NCBI GenBank assembly: GCA_013239625.1
Contig: MU054323.1
Span: 19,799,082 to 19,863,081 of the forward strand
Length of the DNA: 64,000 nt
Reading direction: 5' to 3'
Source: Lama guanicoe
Taxonomy: Eukaryota
Notes under the pieces: model-generated
The model's database searches: none
The model's input: only the letters and a program-made list of their open reading frames with translations
Told to the model about the DNA's origin: nothing
Shown here: in pieces, positions 20,596-34,655 of the stretch
Layout of the letters: every line of letters begins with the position of its first letter
Position numbering within the stretch: the first letter of the stretch is position 1
Program-made: the position numbers and the translations under genes

Positions 20596-23500
20596 TCTTC
20601 CCAAGCCACAGTTTCTTGGGCTTACTCATCCTCAGTTATGTCTTTGATGTATGTTTGTCGGGGTTGGGACAATGTGTCATGGAGGATGTCCTTGGAGGAG
20701 TGAAAGGTCCATGGCAAACACTGAAGTCAGCAAAACGTGTTCTCAGGCCCAGCTCCCATGGAGCCCCTCTCCCTCCTTGGCCCTCCGCATCCATGTCCTG
20801 ACCAGAGACACAAGGTTAAAATTTGAACACACACTGGCTTCTTACATACCAAGCCTTTACCCAAAGGATTCATGTCCTGATGGTGGGATGGCAGCCACGC
20901 CAGGGGACCTGAGCAGCCTCCAGTTGGGTCGGCTTTGCCTCTGTGCAGGGAGGCACCCGGCCATCCTCGCCACTGCCCACAAGATAAGGCGCACTTTTCT
21001 TTTTCAGACCCTTTCTCTGAGCAGGAAATAAATATATGGAAAGTGGAGAGAAAGGAAAGCCATCGGAAAGCCCAGTCCCCTCTTCCTGGTTTTTAGGAGG
21101 GAGAATCTAGCAGGGGAAGACCCAAGTGTATGGAAGCGAGAGCAAAAGAGTTCCAGATCACACTGAGGCCAAAGAGAGCCCCAGCGTGGATGCAAGTCTT
21201 CTAACCTGAAATCCCACATCGTCTCTCCTACACAACATTCTAAAATATTCTCAAAGTCCACAAACCTTTGAGGGCTTTAAAAAAGAGTAACCAAACTTCA
21301 ACTCAGGACTCGATTTCTTTTCAGCAGGTGTGGGGGGGGCGTAATTCTAAGTGATTGAGGAGCCAGTGTTAGCTCCGGAGTCCACATCGCAGATGCTGCT
21401 TGGACCGTCAAGGTTGCTCCCCACCACCACCATGCCCAGCACACACACCCCACATCTTGCCTCTGCCAACCTGGGCTTGGTGACTGTGGTGGGTGGAGAG
21501 GGTCAGAGTTTCCACAGAATCTCACACCATGATTCAGCCAAGCCGGGTCCTGCCCGTGCTCACCACCATCCATCCCCACTCCTCCCAGGAGGACCTCAGC
21601 TTCCATTAGCCTCCAGACCCTTTTCCTCAGCTGAGTCTGTGCGCTACCACACCTGTAGCCTGTCCCGTGTCATCCAGCGTTAGCACTTACACTGCCCTCT
21701 GTTGGCCTCCAACTTCAAGCCAGTCTGTGGCGCCCGAGGGCAGGAGAACCACAGCACCACGCTGGGCCCAGTGAGGTGCCACGGGGCGGGGGTAGGAAGG
21801 CCAGTGGGGCCTGTGCCATCTGGAGGGAAACTAAGACCCTGGTTACAGTCAGCAGAGGCCCACAGGGCTCGGGAGCTGCGAGCCTCAGTGAGGAAAGAGG
21901 AGACTAAAGGCAAACCAACCACTGCCTTCTGGGCTTCTAGAAGTTTCCAGATGAGGGGCTCACTGGCCAGTGGAGAGGGGCAGACTCTGGCCTTGGTGAG
22001 GTATGATTATCATTGCAGTTATACAGGCCTGAAACCTGAAGCCCAGGTCACAGTTGCTAAGGGATTTAGTGAGCGTTCACCCAGCCCTAACTTCCACGCC
22101 TGTGCAGGAGGGGAGGAATCTAAGTTAGAGTCAGGGAGCCCTTACTCAGTTTGCATGTGTGCCAAACTAAAACAGAGTTCCAAAGTGCACGAAACCTTTT
22201 TAGAGAGACTCACAGGCAGGTGGCCAAAGGGATGCTGGATCGCTTCTTTCTCAGGGAGTGAGCCTTGCCTCCGAACCTGTACGTGGAGGGCAAAAATGGT
22301 GAGACTCAGTCCTGCAGAGTAAAGAGAAGGGCATTTGCAGCTGGGGATGGAGAGGTGGTTGAGTGCCCTGAAATGAAGGGGGTAGCGAATGAAAGCCAGA
22401 GGCGAAATCATCCCTTCCCCTAGATGGCCTATTACATGCAGCCACCTGTCTCCCTGGAAAACGTTCAGTTCCTGGGAACATCTTGTCCCCTCCTTGCAGA
22501 AGCTGGGCCCACCCCTGCCCACCCCAAAGTCTATGTTCCTTCCACTCCACTGCATAGCCAGTGATACCCAGGTCTAGTGCCCGGGAGAAATGTGTTCACC
22601 CAACTGAAGCCTCGAGTTCAGAGGAGGGAGGCAATGGGTCCTTTCCAGGCCCATGTTGTCACTCCTCCCCGATAAGGCTCTGTTGGAATTCTGGCCGGTC
22701 TTGCTTTTTGCTCACTGTGTGATCTGGGCTGACAACTCCCTGAGCCTCCACCCTCTCATCTGCAAATTTCACACTTATGATACCTGCTTCACAGGACTGT
22801 TATGGGAATTGAAAGAAGTTATGGACATAAACATCTTAGCCAGTGTCAGCAAACAGCAAGTGCTCAGGAAACACTGTCTGATACTGTCATCATTGTTATA
22901 AGTAAGCAGAGTCCTCAGTGTTCAGACATGGCCGGGCCTACAAGAGTACCCAGGTCAGCTGGGGAGGACCCAGGGCCAGCCAGACCGTCCCCCGCACACT
23001 CCACCTCCAGCACCTCCACCAGGGACACTGCTGTCGCCTGGAGGAGGTGGACCCCAGCTCTCCGGGTCAGTGCCCTGGGAGTTGAGTGTGTGGCAGACAG
23101 AAGGAGGAAGAGGATTAACATGAAACCAGAAAATGGGATTAGGAGGCTTCAGGCTAATGTGCCCACCCACCCCCATCCATGACAGCAGCTTCTTACTTTC
23201 ACTCTGTGGCTTCCGGAGCCCGGAGCCCGCAAGGCTTGGTTGTCCCCTGCTCCTGGTGGCAGAGCCAGAAAGGGACTAGGTGGACTTAGAGCGTGAGGAG
23301 ACTCAGTCTGCTAGGAAGAGGGGCCTTCCTGTGCACTGTCTTACCTAATCCTCACTGCTACTCTGTGAGACAGGTGATGGCCCAGAGAGCTGAACAGCTG
23401 GGAATCAGGCCTAGACGATTGTTCCTGCAAGACTGTGATCCCTCCTCTCTGCCCACCGTTCTCGCCCAGGAGCACAGTGCCCCACCGCAACCCAAAAGAT

Positions 23501-26500
23501 CAATGATCTCCTCAGACCTGCCTCTCCCTTGGCAAGGATTCCAAGACCCACACTCTACCTTTGATGGGAAACCCAAAGAGCAATTTAAGGAGACCAGGTC
23601 CGCCTCTCTGGCATCATCCCATAAGGGTGAGGTTGTCCCCTAGGAGCCAGACCTTTTTTAAGCACTCCTTTGAGGTCTGTCATGCATCTCATCTCCCGAG
23701 TTCACTTCTCTGTGAACCCAAGCCCATGCTATCCGCCCCCCAGGGTGGAGAAAGTGCTACATTAGTCCCAACTATGTGAAGGAGATGGACCACGATATTT
23801 TTTTAAATTACCTCTCAAGCTCTAGAGGATCCTTGATGACCGTGTAGGGGGAAGTTCATCTTCCACCCCATTCCAGAAAGCAGATCAAGGTCCCTATCAG
23901 CCTTTTTGAGGACAGTGATCCCTTGTCCTCCCGCCGCATCCCACCCAGCCCCCCACATCTCAGCTGCCCTCCACTGGCCTCGTTCCAGCTCCAAGAGGTC
24001 TCTCTTGAGGTGCAGTGACAAGACCTCCCCACTGTAGCATTCAGGTTCCCAACAGGAAACGGAAACCACAGTGAACACTGGATATATTGACAAATGTGTG
24101 GTACGGGGGGCCCGCGGGCCAGCGCTATAACCTGGGACAGGAAACAGTAAAGCTGTTACCATCTCTCCCCAAGGGATGGGAGTGGGATCTACTACTAGAA
24201 CCTGGAAGGAGAACCCAGGATGGGTCAAGGCACCAAAGGACATAGTCAGCCAGGAAGACCTCACAAGGAGGGAGCCAGTCTCCCCTCACTTTCCGTCCTC
24301 CCCTCCCCCACCATCTCCTGCCGAGCTCTCCATCAGCCAAACCCACCTTGAAGCCAGACGGAGCTTGATGTGAAGTCTATAGACGTCAGGGTGAAGAAGA
24401 CAGCAGGGTGAAGAAGAGGAGAGAGCTGGTCAGGAGAGGCCAGAGGGATATACCCTGCACTCCATCCCACTTCATGTTTGAGCTTCCAGTTGACTTGACA
24501 GGAGTGAAAGGGAAGGCTTTCCTTTTTGGCTCCCAGTTCCATTCTTAGAAATCCAACCATTTGTTGCTCTGTTTGAATGAAGGAACACATCGGGCCCAAA
24601 CCATCAGGGGGTCCTCTACAGCGTCCATTCTCATCAAGGGCACCACCATCCCCAAGGAGATAAAACTCTTGGGAGATGAAAAAAATCCTGGATATCACAG
24701 TGGTTTGCAGGCCTCCGCAGGGCCACAGTACATAAACAGACATGCAGTATAACTGTGCTGTTAAAATGCAATGGGAGGAGTAGCATTTAGGGAAAGAGTA
24801 TCCACCAGAGTACTGGGCAGGGTGTGCAATGATGAAAAACAGGTTTAGAGGCACTGGATTAGGGTAATCCAAAAACCCTTTCTTGGGCTGTCACTGAAAG
24901 CTGTGAATCTGTCACCCTCAAAAGTATAGTTTACGTTATTTTCTCTAAACTGATAAATACGTTTATGTGTGCTCACTGTGCAGTTCATGATAAAAACAAA
25001 GTGCAGTTTGAATTACTTTTCACTTAACGTTTTATTCAACCTACGCTGGCCCACAACGGACATCTTGGACCACGTGAAGCCTCCTGCATCTCCCTGCAGC
25101 TTACAGGCTTTGGTCCACGGCAAGCCGGGGAATTTCAATGTATACTTACTCTTCTCCCCACTGATCAAGCCACAGGATATTTCTGGAGTGCTAGTCACTG
25201 TCATGAATATTAAAATATCAGACATACCTGCTGCCTTTTAGGAGCTCACAATGTCACTAGAGATGTCACAAAGATGGACAAATTCAACAAGGCAATATAT
25301 GAGCTGTGACTATAGAGCAATGAGGCCAACTTCCACATGTGGCTTGCAAGACAAAGAGCCTGATGGTCAAATCTCAAATTATCATGAAGGACCAGTTCAC
25401 CCAGGTCTCCAGGAGCAGCAATTCCCCACCACGAGCCCCACCATTAACACCTTTCCATTCATCCAGAGGAAGACTTGTCTATCCTTTCTCTGTATTTCTT
25501 ATCTGTAAGTCAGTTCCCTTTTGTCACCAGACATTCACCCCCAACCCCCCATTCCCATGGCAACTCAAAGGGCTTGGGTATGGAACCTGTCAGAGGCTTC
25601 TTGGAAGTGTAAATAGAGTGTGTCTACTGTTTCGCCCTTATCCATACACTTATTTGGCCCTTCAAAGAGCTCTAGTAGATTAGAGAGGCACAATTTCCCC
25701 TTACCAAAGACAGGCTGCCTGTCCATAAGAGGTGGAGTTTCTCAAGTGCTGCATAATCCATCCCTTAGAGGTTCTGCTGACTTGCTTGGCATGGAAACAA
25801 AACTTGTGGGCCGTTTCCCAGAAGCCCTTCTGGTGCCCTTTAGGTCTTCAGTACGGAGATCGTCTCAAGAAAGGACTCTCACTTTGTCCCACCCGCCCAT
25901 AAAGTCAATCTTCTTATTTATTTGGGGGAAAAGACACAGAGGCAAAATAGAATAAAACACACAGTATGCTCTGCTTTCCATTGATTGGAGATTGAAGTCA
26001 CTGTTATTCATCTGAACTCGCACAGGAGATAGTAGGGAGGTTATCTGTATCACATTTCATTTTATGACATATCACCTTATTTACGCCACTCTTTAGGTTG
26101 TTTATAGGATATAGATTACCTTTGAATGCTCTGGTCTTGTTTAGTCATTTTTTTTTCTCCCGTCAATAAAAGTTTTTAAAGGAAACCATTGTTCTCAGAA
26201 ATGACTATTGTACTTGGGGCACAAAGATGCTTTAATCAGGAAAGACAGTTTGTCTGGTATCTCGGCCTCCCATATCTTTCTGAACCAGGCTTTGATGCTA
26301 ATGCGAAGCTGTCTGACTCCATCATTGAACTATGCAGCATTCTGCAGTTCTTAAGAGCAAATGAGTTTCTTCTTTAAACATAGGCCTCTGCTTAGCACAT
26401 TTAGTACTATTTGACTTGGGTCTCAAGACAGTGCTATTCCTGGAATGGACTTCACATGCTGAGTTTTTCCTTTTTAATTACCCACCCTCCTATCACACAT

Positions 26501-29500
26501 GCTGAAGTGACCGTTTTTTTTTCCTATAGCCCCTCCAACAATTTGCTGAGATGAAGAGATTTATACACGGTACTTTTGGGTTAGGAATTTACAAGTTAAC
26601 TCTTTAATGTGCAAGGCATTATTGAACCCGTTCATACTCCTTCTGAAAATCTATTCCCAGCAGCAAACAGTTCAAAATATGGAAAGGTTCAAATGCACAT
26701 GGGTATTCCTTGCAACATTGTTTAGAATAAGAAAAAGTTAGGATCATATAACAATACGAAAAACCATGTAAATTAGAGTGTTAGGTGAAAAAAGGAGGCT
26801 GCAAAACCAGGCATTCAACTATGCAAAATGCACATGAAAAAAGACTGAAAGGAATACATACAACTAATAATTTTGCAAGGATGGCAAACTTAACTAGTAT
26901 TTTTTTTAATTTTCTAAACTCACCTTGTATCTTGTTACATAGCTTGATTAACAAAAAATGATTTCAGTTAGATCGTTGTTTCAATGGATTAAAGTAGTAG
27001 CTCGACCTTTTTACCTAACGTGGGACCAAAACCCCTCTCCCATTTTGTTATGTAACCGCCCTTTAAGTTGGACTTTTGGAAGGTCCGCTCCACTAACTCC
27101 CTGATTCATAGAAAGTGTTTGATGGCTTAATACAGGAGTTGAAATCACATAAGACTACAGGATCCCGCAGGGAAGGGAGTCGTGGTGCCGGACGCCATCT
27201 GGAGAACTTAGGCCTGAGTGCATAGGTATCTCAGCGGAATTGGAGTTTTTTGTGATTCTCCTGATTTGTGCATTTTGGCCACTGATCCAAATTGAAAAAT
27301 GAAACAGAGCCATTTGTGGGCCAAATAGAACATGTCTATGAACTGGATTCAGCCAGCTGGCGGCCAGTTTGTGACCTCTAGTGTGAAACCCATTTCTGCA
27401 GCTGCAGCCAACTGCCTGATTTCTGAGCACTCGGCCACCCAGCCGCCCCCTGTTCTCCGGTTCACGCTTCCTCAGAGAGCCCTGTGCCACTTCTGGCTTT
27501 TTGACGAGGGTGATGAAGGATATTAGTCCTCAAATTACAAAGGCTTGTGAGTCTGTTCCTAGTTGGAAGCATTTCTTTTTCCAGAACGTGAAAGCTGGCA
27601 ACATTTTTAATATTAATTTGTGTCTCAGTCTATCACTGACATTTCGTGTGGCTGTGAGGAATGGATTTGATGCTGTTCAAATACTCCCAGTTTCATCCGG
27701 GGGCCCCTTCACAGTGGTCAGATGGTGCCAGCCGGGCCCGGGCTCAGTTTCCAGCCTGTCGTCCATCAGGTTCGAGAAGTCAATGTGTCCATCACTGTTT
27801 CTTCCAATGCCACTGCCCTGATGGTAGTTGCCGGCTTCAGGCAGCTGCCCCCTCTTCTGCCCCATCTCCACTCTCTCTGTCTCCCTCTCCCTCTCATCCC
27901 CCGGAGCTCCTTTGGCACCATGACCGACCATGGTGGGATCCTCTCTGCTCTTATGTTTCCATCTGCTTCTGCTCTCTCATGGAGGGGCCCAGGCAACTTC
28001 CACTTCCGGAAAATGACCTTTCTTCCCTGCAGCGACCCCACTGGCTTTGCCACACAGATCTTCCCACTGTTCTCTGGAATATTTGACCCTACACTTGCAG
28101 CAAGGGGCAGCTGATGCTTCTGGACTGACCATCGTTCCCAGTCCCTGCTACACGGACCACCCAGCCCCCAAGGTCAATGTGATGTCCCTGCCACCCTGGG
28201 GCCATGGCAAGCTGCACCAGCAAGATCTTCTAGGAACTTGTGCATTGATCAATTAATTGACCTCCAATCAATAAAGAAATGAGTTGAGGCTCCCCAAGTA
28301 GCCAGGTTTGGCTTCTGCACAGCAAACTTCTCCTTCCTTCCCCATCCAGGACCTGTTGTGGTTACAAACGCCTCCTATTAGTTCTTGGTTTATTTGGGCA
28401 CTGCAGATGCGGCCAGATGTTTACTTTTAACGTGAGGAGAATTACACTGCTCTTGTGGTTGGTGGGGGAGGGAGGGGGAGCTGTGGGAGGAGCCGGCAAG
28501 CCCCTCCACAGCCCAGTCACTGGGGGCTCCTTCCCTCTCCCCTCCAGATGTGGCCCAGCCCCCACTCCATCTTGCCAAGTCAGCAGATCCAGGCTACTCC
28601 AAGCATGGACGGCCCTGCAGGCTGCAGAGCCCCGGCGGCAGCACACATGGCCCGGCATGTGCGGCGCACGTGTGTACACGGAGGGCGTGCCTGGGCTCCA
28701 CCAGCCCTCCCGGCGCTCACCTCAGAGTCCCCTCCTCATCTCGGCTCCCTTTTGAAACGGCACCTTCCTTGATGAGACCAAAAGGCAGACCTCCCTCTTG
28801 AATGATTTAGATTGTCTATAAATGGCAATTTTGGCCATTATGGTCATGGTAGAACCCCAAGACGACCCTGGGAACCCCACAAAGCCTGATCCATTTTGCA
28901 CCTACAACCCTGTGGCCTGCAGAGCCCAGCAGGATTTGCGGGCCCTTGGGCTCCTAAGGGAAGCTGAGGCTGATGGCAGCAGCCAGCGCAAATACTGCTT
29001 CTTCCCAGCAGGGTCCAGAGTCTTCCAGAGACATGGCAGGCAATCACCTCCAGTCCATACCCTTTGAAGGAAAGTCCCTGATCTCACGTGACTTTGCCAC
29101 CATTTCCTCCACTGCTGGACAAGGAGAGGTGGCCTTCTCTTCGGTCCAGTCCATCTTCCTTTTCCCTCTGCCTTCCTGGGTTCTAACAGCCTAAAGGCTA
29201 AAAGTATCTTCTCTTTTTCTCTTTTCTTCCCGGTGCCCAGAAAGCTGGATGGAAAAGCAGAAGCTCATAACCAGCCCAAACTCCCAAACAGAAATGGACC
29301 TGGGAGGGCGGAGCAGCAGCTCCCAGCCCACCCGACACAGGCTGGAGGAGGCTTGCAGAGAAGAAGCCCATGGGTGAGCCACGTATATTTACTGGAGGAC
29401 TTATGATGTGGCATCATACAAGTCAGAGTATGACTGAATAGGCTAAGGTCCACAGACTGGATTTTCTTAGAATTCCTAGGAACTGTACCCCACCATGTCT

Positions 29501-30329
29501 GAGCCATTTATCCCAAACTCAGCAATGATTGAGAGCTGGTAGGAGAAGAGGAGACTGCCCTGATAACTTTCTCAAGAACCTGTTTTTCCAAGAATAAATG
29601 GGAAGCAGAAATCACAAAGTGTTGTCTCAGTATAAAACTGCGAACTTACCCAGCTCATACCTGTATCCGGCCTCCTCCAGCCTAATCTTCCACCATCTCC
29701 ATCCCCTGAAAAACCACACAGGATGTAGTTATTCAGTTGGAAACTGAAGCATTCCCCACTGGGTGCTCATCCCTCCTTTCCCTCACCTGTAGCCACTCCT
29801 GGGCAGGGCTAAAGCCAAGATGATCTTCACCACTGCCTCCTCCAGGAAGCCCCTCTACTTTGTCCTCAAAGAATCTTGCCACCCCGAGGGCCCGCTTTCC
29901 TTTCCTGCTGGTTCTCATAGCGTCTCTGACACTTCCAAGAAGGCAGAGCCATCAGTGAACAATTTGTACACACACATATTCCATTTTCCAGCTTTGTTTA
30001 ACAGCGTTACCAGCAGGTAACCCCCTGAAAACTTGAAGGAGCCCAAGAGAGGAGACACGAGAGAAGAAGGGAGGCCCAGGGACACATAGGGAGGACTCGG
30101 GGAGGTGTGCCTCTGGTGGCCCACTCCTGAAAGTGACCAGGAGTGAAGATACTCCAGCGTTCTTCTCAAAAAGGAGCAGGAAGTACCCAAAGGCTTAACT
30201 GAGACTGTGGCCTTAACCTGTACCCATTCCCTTTGGGCCTATGGATCCCAGACCAGGAAGAGGTCAATGGAGACAACGGAGAATGTCGCTGGGACCTTTG
30301 GATGGAGTTCACAAGTCACTAAGGAGGCA

Positions 30330-30590
30330 CTCTGGTCTAGTGGTTATGAACTTGATCTCTGAAGTCAAGCCCCCTGGTTCTGAATCCTATCCCCATTAAT
30401 ATCTCCCTATGGAACCTTATATGGATTCACTTACATCATTTAGTGTTGGTTTCTTCATCTGTGAAAAGCAGATATAATAGTACTTACCTTCTAGGGTCAT
30501 TGTGAGTATACACAGGAGTAATACATTAGTAAATCATTGTGCCTGGCACATCACAAGCCCTCAGTAAACATTAACTATGGTTATTATTGC
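30330..30590 (+). mobile_element. MIR SINE
   Basis: tggtctagtggtta...tttcttcatctgtgaaa...gtgcctggcacat...ctcagtaaac. Confidence 0.8.
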
Positions 30591-31681
30591 CTTCTACTGT
30601 GGGTTCCAGGCCTGATTCTCTCCAAGAGGTCCTGAGGGAAAATGGCCATCTCCCTGGGTGTCAGTGTGCCAGCGCCCATCCAGCTCTGTATTCAGCCAGG
30701 TGTGGGTCTGCACACAGGGCAGATGTGGCGAGCTGGGCTGGGAGGGTCGAGGCCGGACAGGACCACCCATTGGGCTGGGGAAGGTGCTGGCAGGACGGCC
30801 TCGGCTGCAGCTGCTGGGCAGCCGTCCAGGGTGACAGGCAGAACGCAGCGTGCAAGGGTGTGGAAACAGACAACAGGTGGCCGCTCAGCAGCAGCCGGCA
30901 GCCGGGGAGGCGAGCGGCGGGTCTCCCAGTGCGTGGTAACAGGGTGTCCCTACCAGCAGGTGGGCCACAGCAGTGGGTAATTCCAGAGGGTATCCCAGCA
31001 GGCAGGCAGCATCAGGAAACTCTGTCAGCAGATCCCAGCCCCACAAAGGCTAGATCTGGTGGGGAGAGGCCAGAGACAGCAAAGCAGAGCCCCAGGACTA
31101 GAACGACAGACAGGTAACCAAGACGAGGCTGCAGGCCCGGGACACAGGGAGAAGGCGCACTGTCAGAACGCGCCCTTGAACCCAACCTCCAGGACAGAAG
31201 TCCTGCCTGGGCTGACTGTGGGGAGGGCCAGACACGGTCCAGCCTGACCCCTGATCCCTGGTCCAAGCCGGCTAATCGCGAGGGCAATAGGGGCAGGCCT
31301 GAGATGGAGATGTCCCCACAATGCAGGAGAGGGGGCTGGGGGTCACTGTGGGCAACTCTGCCCGCCCGCTCGCTCGCACGCACACTCCCCAGCGCTTACT
31401 CCAGTTTTCCTGTTTCTTGCCCTTTTGGCTACTTTTCTCCTCCAGATCCTGCTTGCTGGTAAAGAAGCAAAATAGGTAGGATCAACTTTTTTTTAACGAA
31501 AAGTCCAATCAAGGTCTAACAGCTCCCCTGACAGTCACCTGGCAAGTGACTGGTCACTAGGCTCCTGCTCTGTGTCCCAGAGGAAGGAGCACGCTGGGGT
31601 GGTGAAGAGCGGGGTGGACCTCGATTAAGGAAGAACGATGAGGGTCCCCTCAGCCCCTGACTTGGATTCTCACCTGTCTCT

Positions 31682-31928
31682 CCTTTTTCTTTTTAACTGA
31701 AGTATAGTTGATTTACACTGTTGTGTAAATTTCTGGTGTACAGCATAGTGATTCAGTTATACATATATATATTCTTCTTCATATTCTTTTTCATTATAGG
31801 TTATTAAAAGCTATTGAATATAGCTCCCTGTGCTATACAGGAGGACCTCATTGTTTATCTACTTTATATCTAGTAGTTAGTATCTGCAAATCCCAAACCC
31901 CTAATTTATCCCTCCCCACCTCTTTCCC
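31682..31928 (-). mobile_element. 5'-truncated cetartiodactyl-type L1 3' end
   Basis: Poly-T then gaagtatagttgatttac...ccctgtgctataca; perfect 13-bp TSD ctcacctgtctct at 31669-31681 and 31929-31941. Confidence 0.9.
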
Positions 31929-34179
31929 CTCACCTGTCTCTTTTTTAGGCTCAGCTAAAAACTCCTCCATGAGCTCTGCTCCAGACCCAGGTCTTGCCAA
32001 TGACACTGAAGACTTTGTCTTGGAGACTAAGTGACCTTGGGAGCCAGGACCAGGTTCATCTGTGTTAGACCCACATCCTTGCAGACATGGAAACCTAACC
32101 CACACTCATCCATGTAGGGCGTTAAGTCCCACACTTGTGCATCCGCATGAGCCCCTAAGTCTTATATACACACACATATTTATACTGCTTCTCAATCCAC
32201 ACACATCTTCTTAATCACTGGCCTCCAGAGTGTAAGGGCACAAGCAATGAGAGTGGGCCCACATCGGGGGACTTCATGAGGACAGAAAGCAGTCACGACA
32301 GCACCAGGCCCCCAGCCTCAGGGCACATCAGCCACACTGTCCCTTACCTGCCCTGGCTGGGCCTCTTCCTCCTCCTCAGCAAGGTGGTCTGAGAAGCTAG
32401 AGACCTGGACTTGGTGGGAGCGGGCTTGCTGCCCTCTCGGTTCGCTCTCAGCTTTCGAACATAGTCACTGGTGTGCAGAACATTTGGATCCATCTGGAAC
32501 TGAGCCCCGCAGACTCCATCTGGAGCCAGGGTCACAGGACCTTTCCCACCTCCAGGGCTTCCTGGGTACATGAAAGGCAGATGACCAGTGATGTCAGTCA
32601 GAGGAAATCTGATAGAGAGAAGAGGTTACACAGGCGATGGAAGAGCTAAGAAGCCCCACGGGGATGCTAAACCAATCCAGATGTGAGCAACCGCAGGGAT
32701 GGAGGGAGACAGGAAAGAAAGAAAGTGGGGTCACTAGAGCCCAAAGCCAGGGCCATCCAGTGGGAAATTGCAACCACAGAGAGAGGGGTCGTCCGATGTG
32801 AGCTAGAGCCATAAAGAAGCCCAGATTCTGCCCAAGACACCTTAGGAAGGAGAGAGAAATACCCCAACATCCTCCCTCCTACCACCTTCTAACCTGCTGC
32901 CAGGCCCCCCCCACTGGGTGAGCTTACCTGGAAGCCAAAGGGCAAAGAGACTGGGAAACGTAGTCCCTGCAGAGCGGCCCACGAAGGTCAAGGAACCAGT
33001 CTGACAGCCAATAGGAAACTGACCAGCACCGGCCAAGAATGATGCCGCACCAGGCCTTGGATGGACCTGTGGCAAGCGTCTCTGTTTCAGAGAAATGTTA
33101 GAACCAGCTCCCCAGGAAGCAACATCCTCCTCAGTCCTCTCGGCCTCTCAAAGATGGAATGGTTCGGCTGCCTTGATGCACAGTCAGCGTGCACAATCAG
33201 AAGGTTATTCTGCACATTTGTCACAGCACAAGAGACCCCTGAAGGAAACTGAGCCTTGTTTGTAAAGAAGGGGTGCCTCCCTCAGAGGCCGCCTGGCTTC
33301 AGGCCCTAGTTAGGGGCTGGGCTGGTCCAGGGCCCTTTGGGCCCTTTCCTACGTGGAAAAGAGCACGTGCCTGCGGGAATAGTGAGGGGTCTGGCTGGGG
33401 ACTAGGAGGGGGGATTGTCCAGAGCACTGGCGCCCTCGCACTCCTTAGAGAAGACCAGAGCGCCCTCTTCTCCCATCCCTCATCCCCTTTCCCAAACCCA
33501 GACCACCTTGGCCCAGTTTCCTGCAGGCCTCTTCCAGTGACTCACACAAGACCTTCAGCCTGGGCAGGGCATTTGGTGCCTGTGCCTCCACATCCCCCTC
33601 TCCCTCCTACCCCTGGCCCAGGAGCCAGTCCTGATAAGGAAGCCCCTCCCTGGAAGGCCTTCAGCACAAGGGTCCTGGGAATAAGGGTGAGGGAGGAGGC
33701 AGAGTAGGGAGAGAAAAGGGACATTTCTAAGATTCCTAGAAGCTTTACTGGCCCCAGAGAAGGAAGGTTTCACCCAGCATGGGTTTCAAATCTGAACATG
33801 AGCCCAAGACAACATGCAAAACCCTCCCTGCCCCACCTTGGCCCTCCTTAGGCGATCACAGCCTAACTTCTGCTCAGTCACTTGCTAGTTTGAGCCTTTC
33901 TGTGTTTCTTGTGTCCTCAGTTAGTCTGCAAGTTCTCCATAGGCAGGAGTTCCAACTGCACAGCATGGAGTCCAGGAATTGCCCCGCCCCTTACTATGCT
34001 GCACAAATCCTTCACAACAGATGCTGTACAGGAACAGCTGCCTAATTTGCAAAGGCCCAGGGCAAAATGAAAATACGGGGACCCTAGTTAAAATGACTTA
34101 AAAATTCAAGGTGATGGCAACAAAGCATTGAACCAAGCATGGAACCCTTCTGAGCATGCCCTGGTCCTCAGTAGTACGA

Positions 34180-34655
34180 GTGGTAGCTGGTCTTCAAAGA
34201 CACCACCATCAATTCCTCATCTGCCTCTGCCCGCATCCTGCTCCGACATCATGAGGTGGAGTGTAAGTCCCTTCCCTTGAATGAGCTTGACCAATAGGAT
34301 GCACTGGAAAGGACACTCATACCTCCACGGCTAGGTCATAAGAAAGCTTGCGAGCTCTTCCTGACTTTCTTGAAGCATTGCTCTCAGGATCCAGCCAGTC
34401 ACGTGGAGAAACCACGTATAAGGCAACAGCCCCCAGCTGAGCCCCAAGCAGACAGCCAGGGTCAACGGGCAGTCACGTGAGTGAGCCAGCCCTCCTACGA
34501 CTGCAGTCGCTGAGACATCAGACTGAAAGCATATGAGAAACCTCACCAAGCGAGAACCACCCAGCTGAGCCTGGTCAGCCCACAGAACTGTGAAAAATAG
34601 TCATAAATTGTTGCCTTAAACTGCCAAGTCTTGAGGTGAATCCACAGATGACTAG
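34180..34655 (+). mobile_element. MLT1-type (MaLR) solo LTR
   Basis: agaaccacccagctgagcc...cccacagaactgtga...aaattgttgccttaa. Confidence 0.75.

Noticed and set aside
21702..22322. 206-aa ORF downstream of PKDCC
   Set aside because: Non-ATG start and no recognisable protein features
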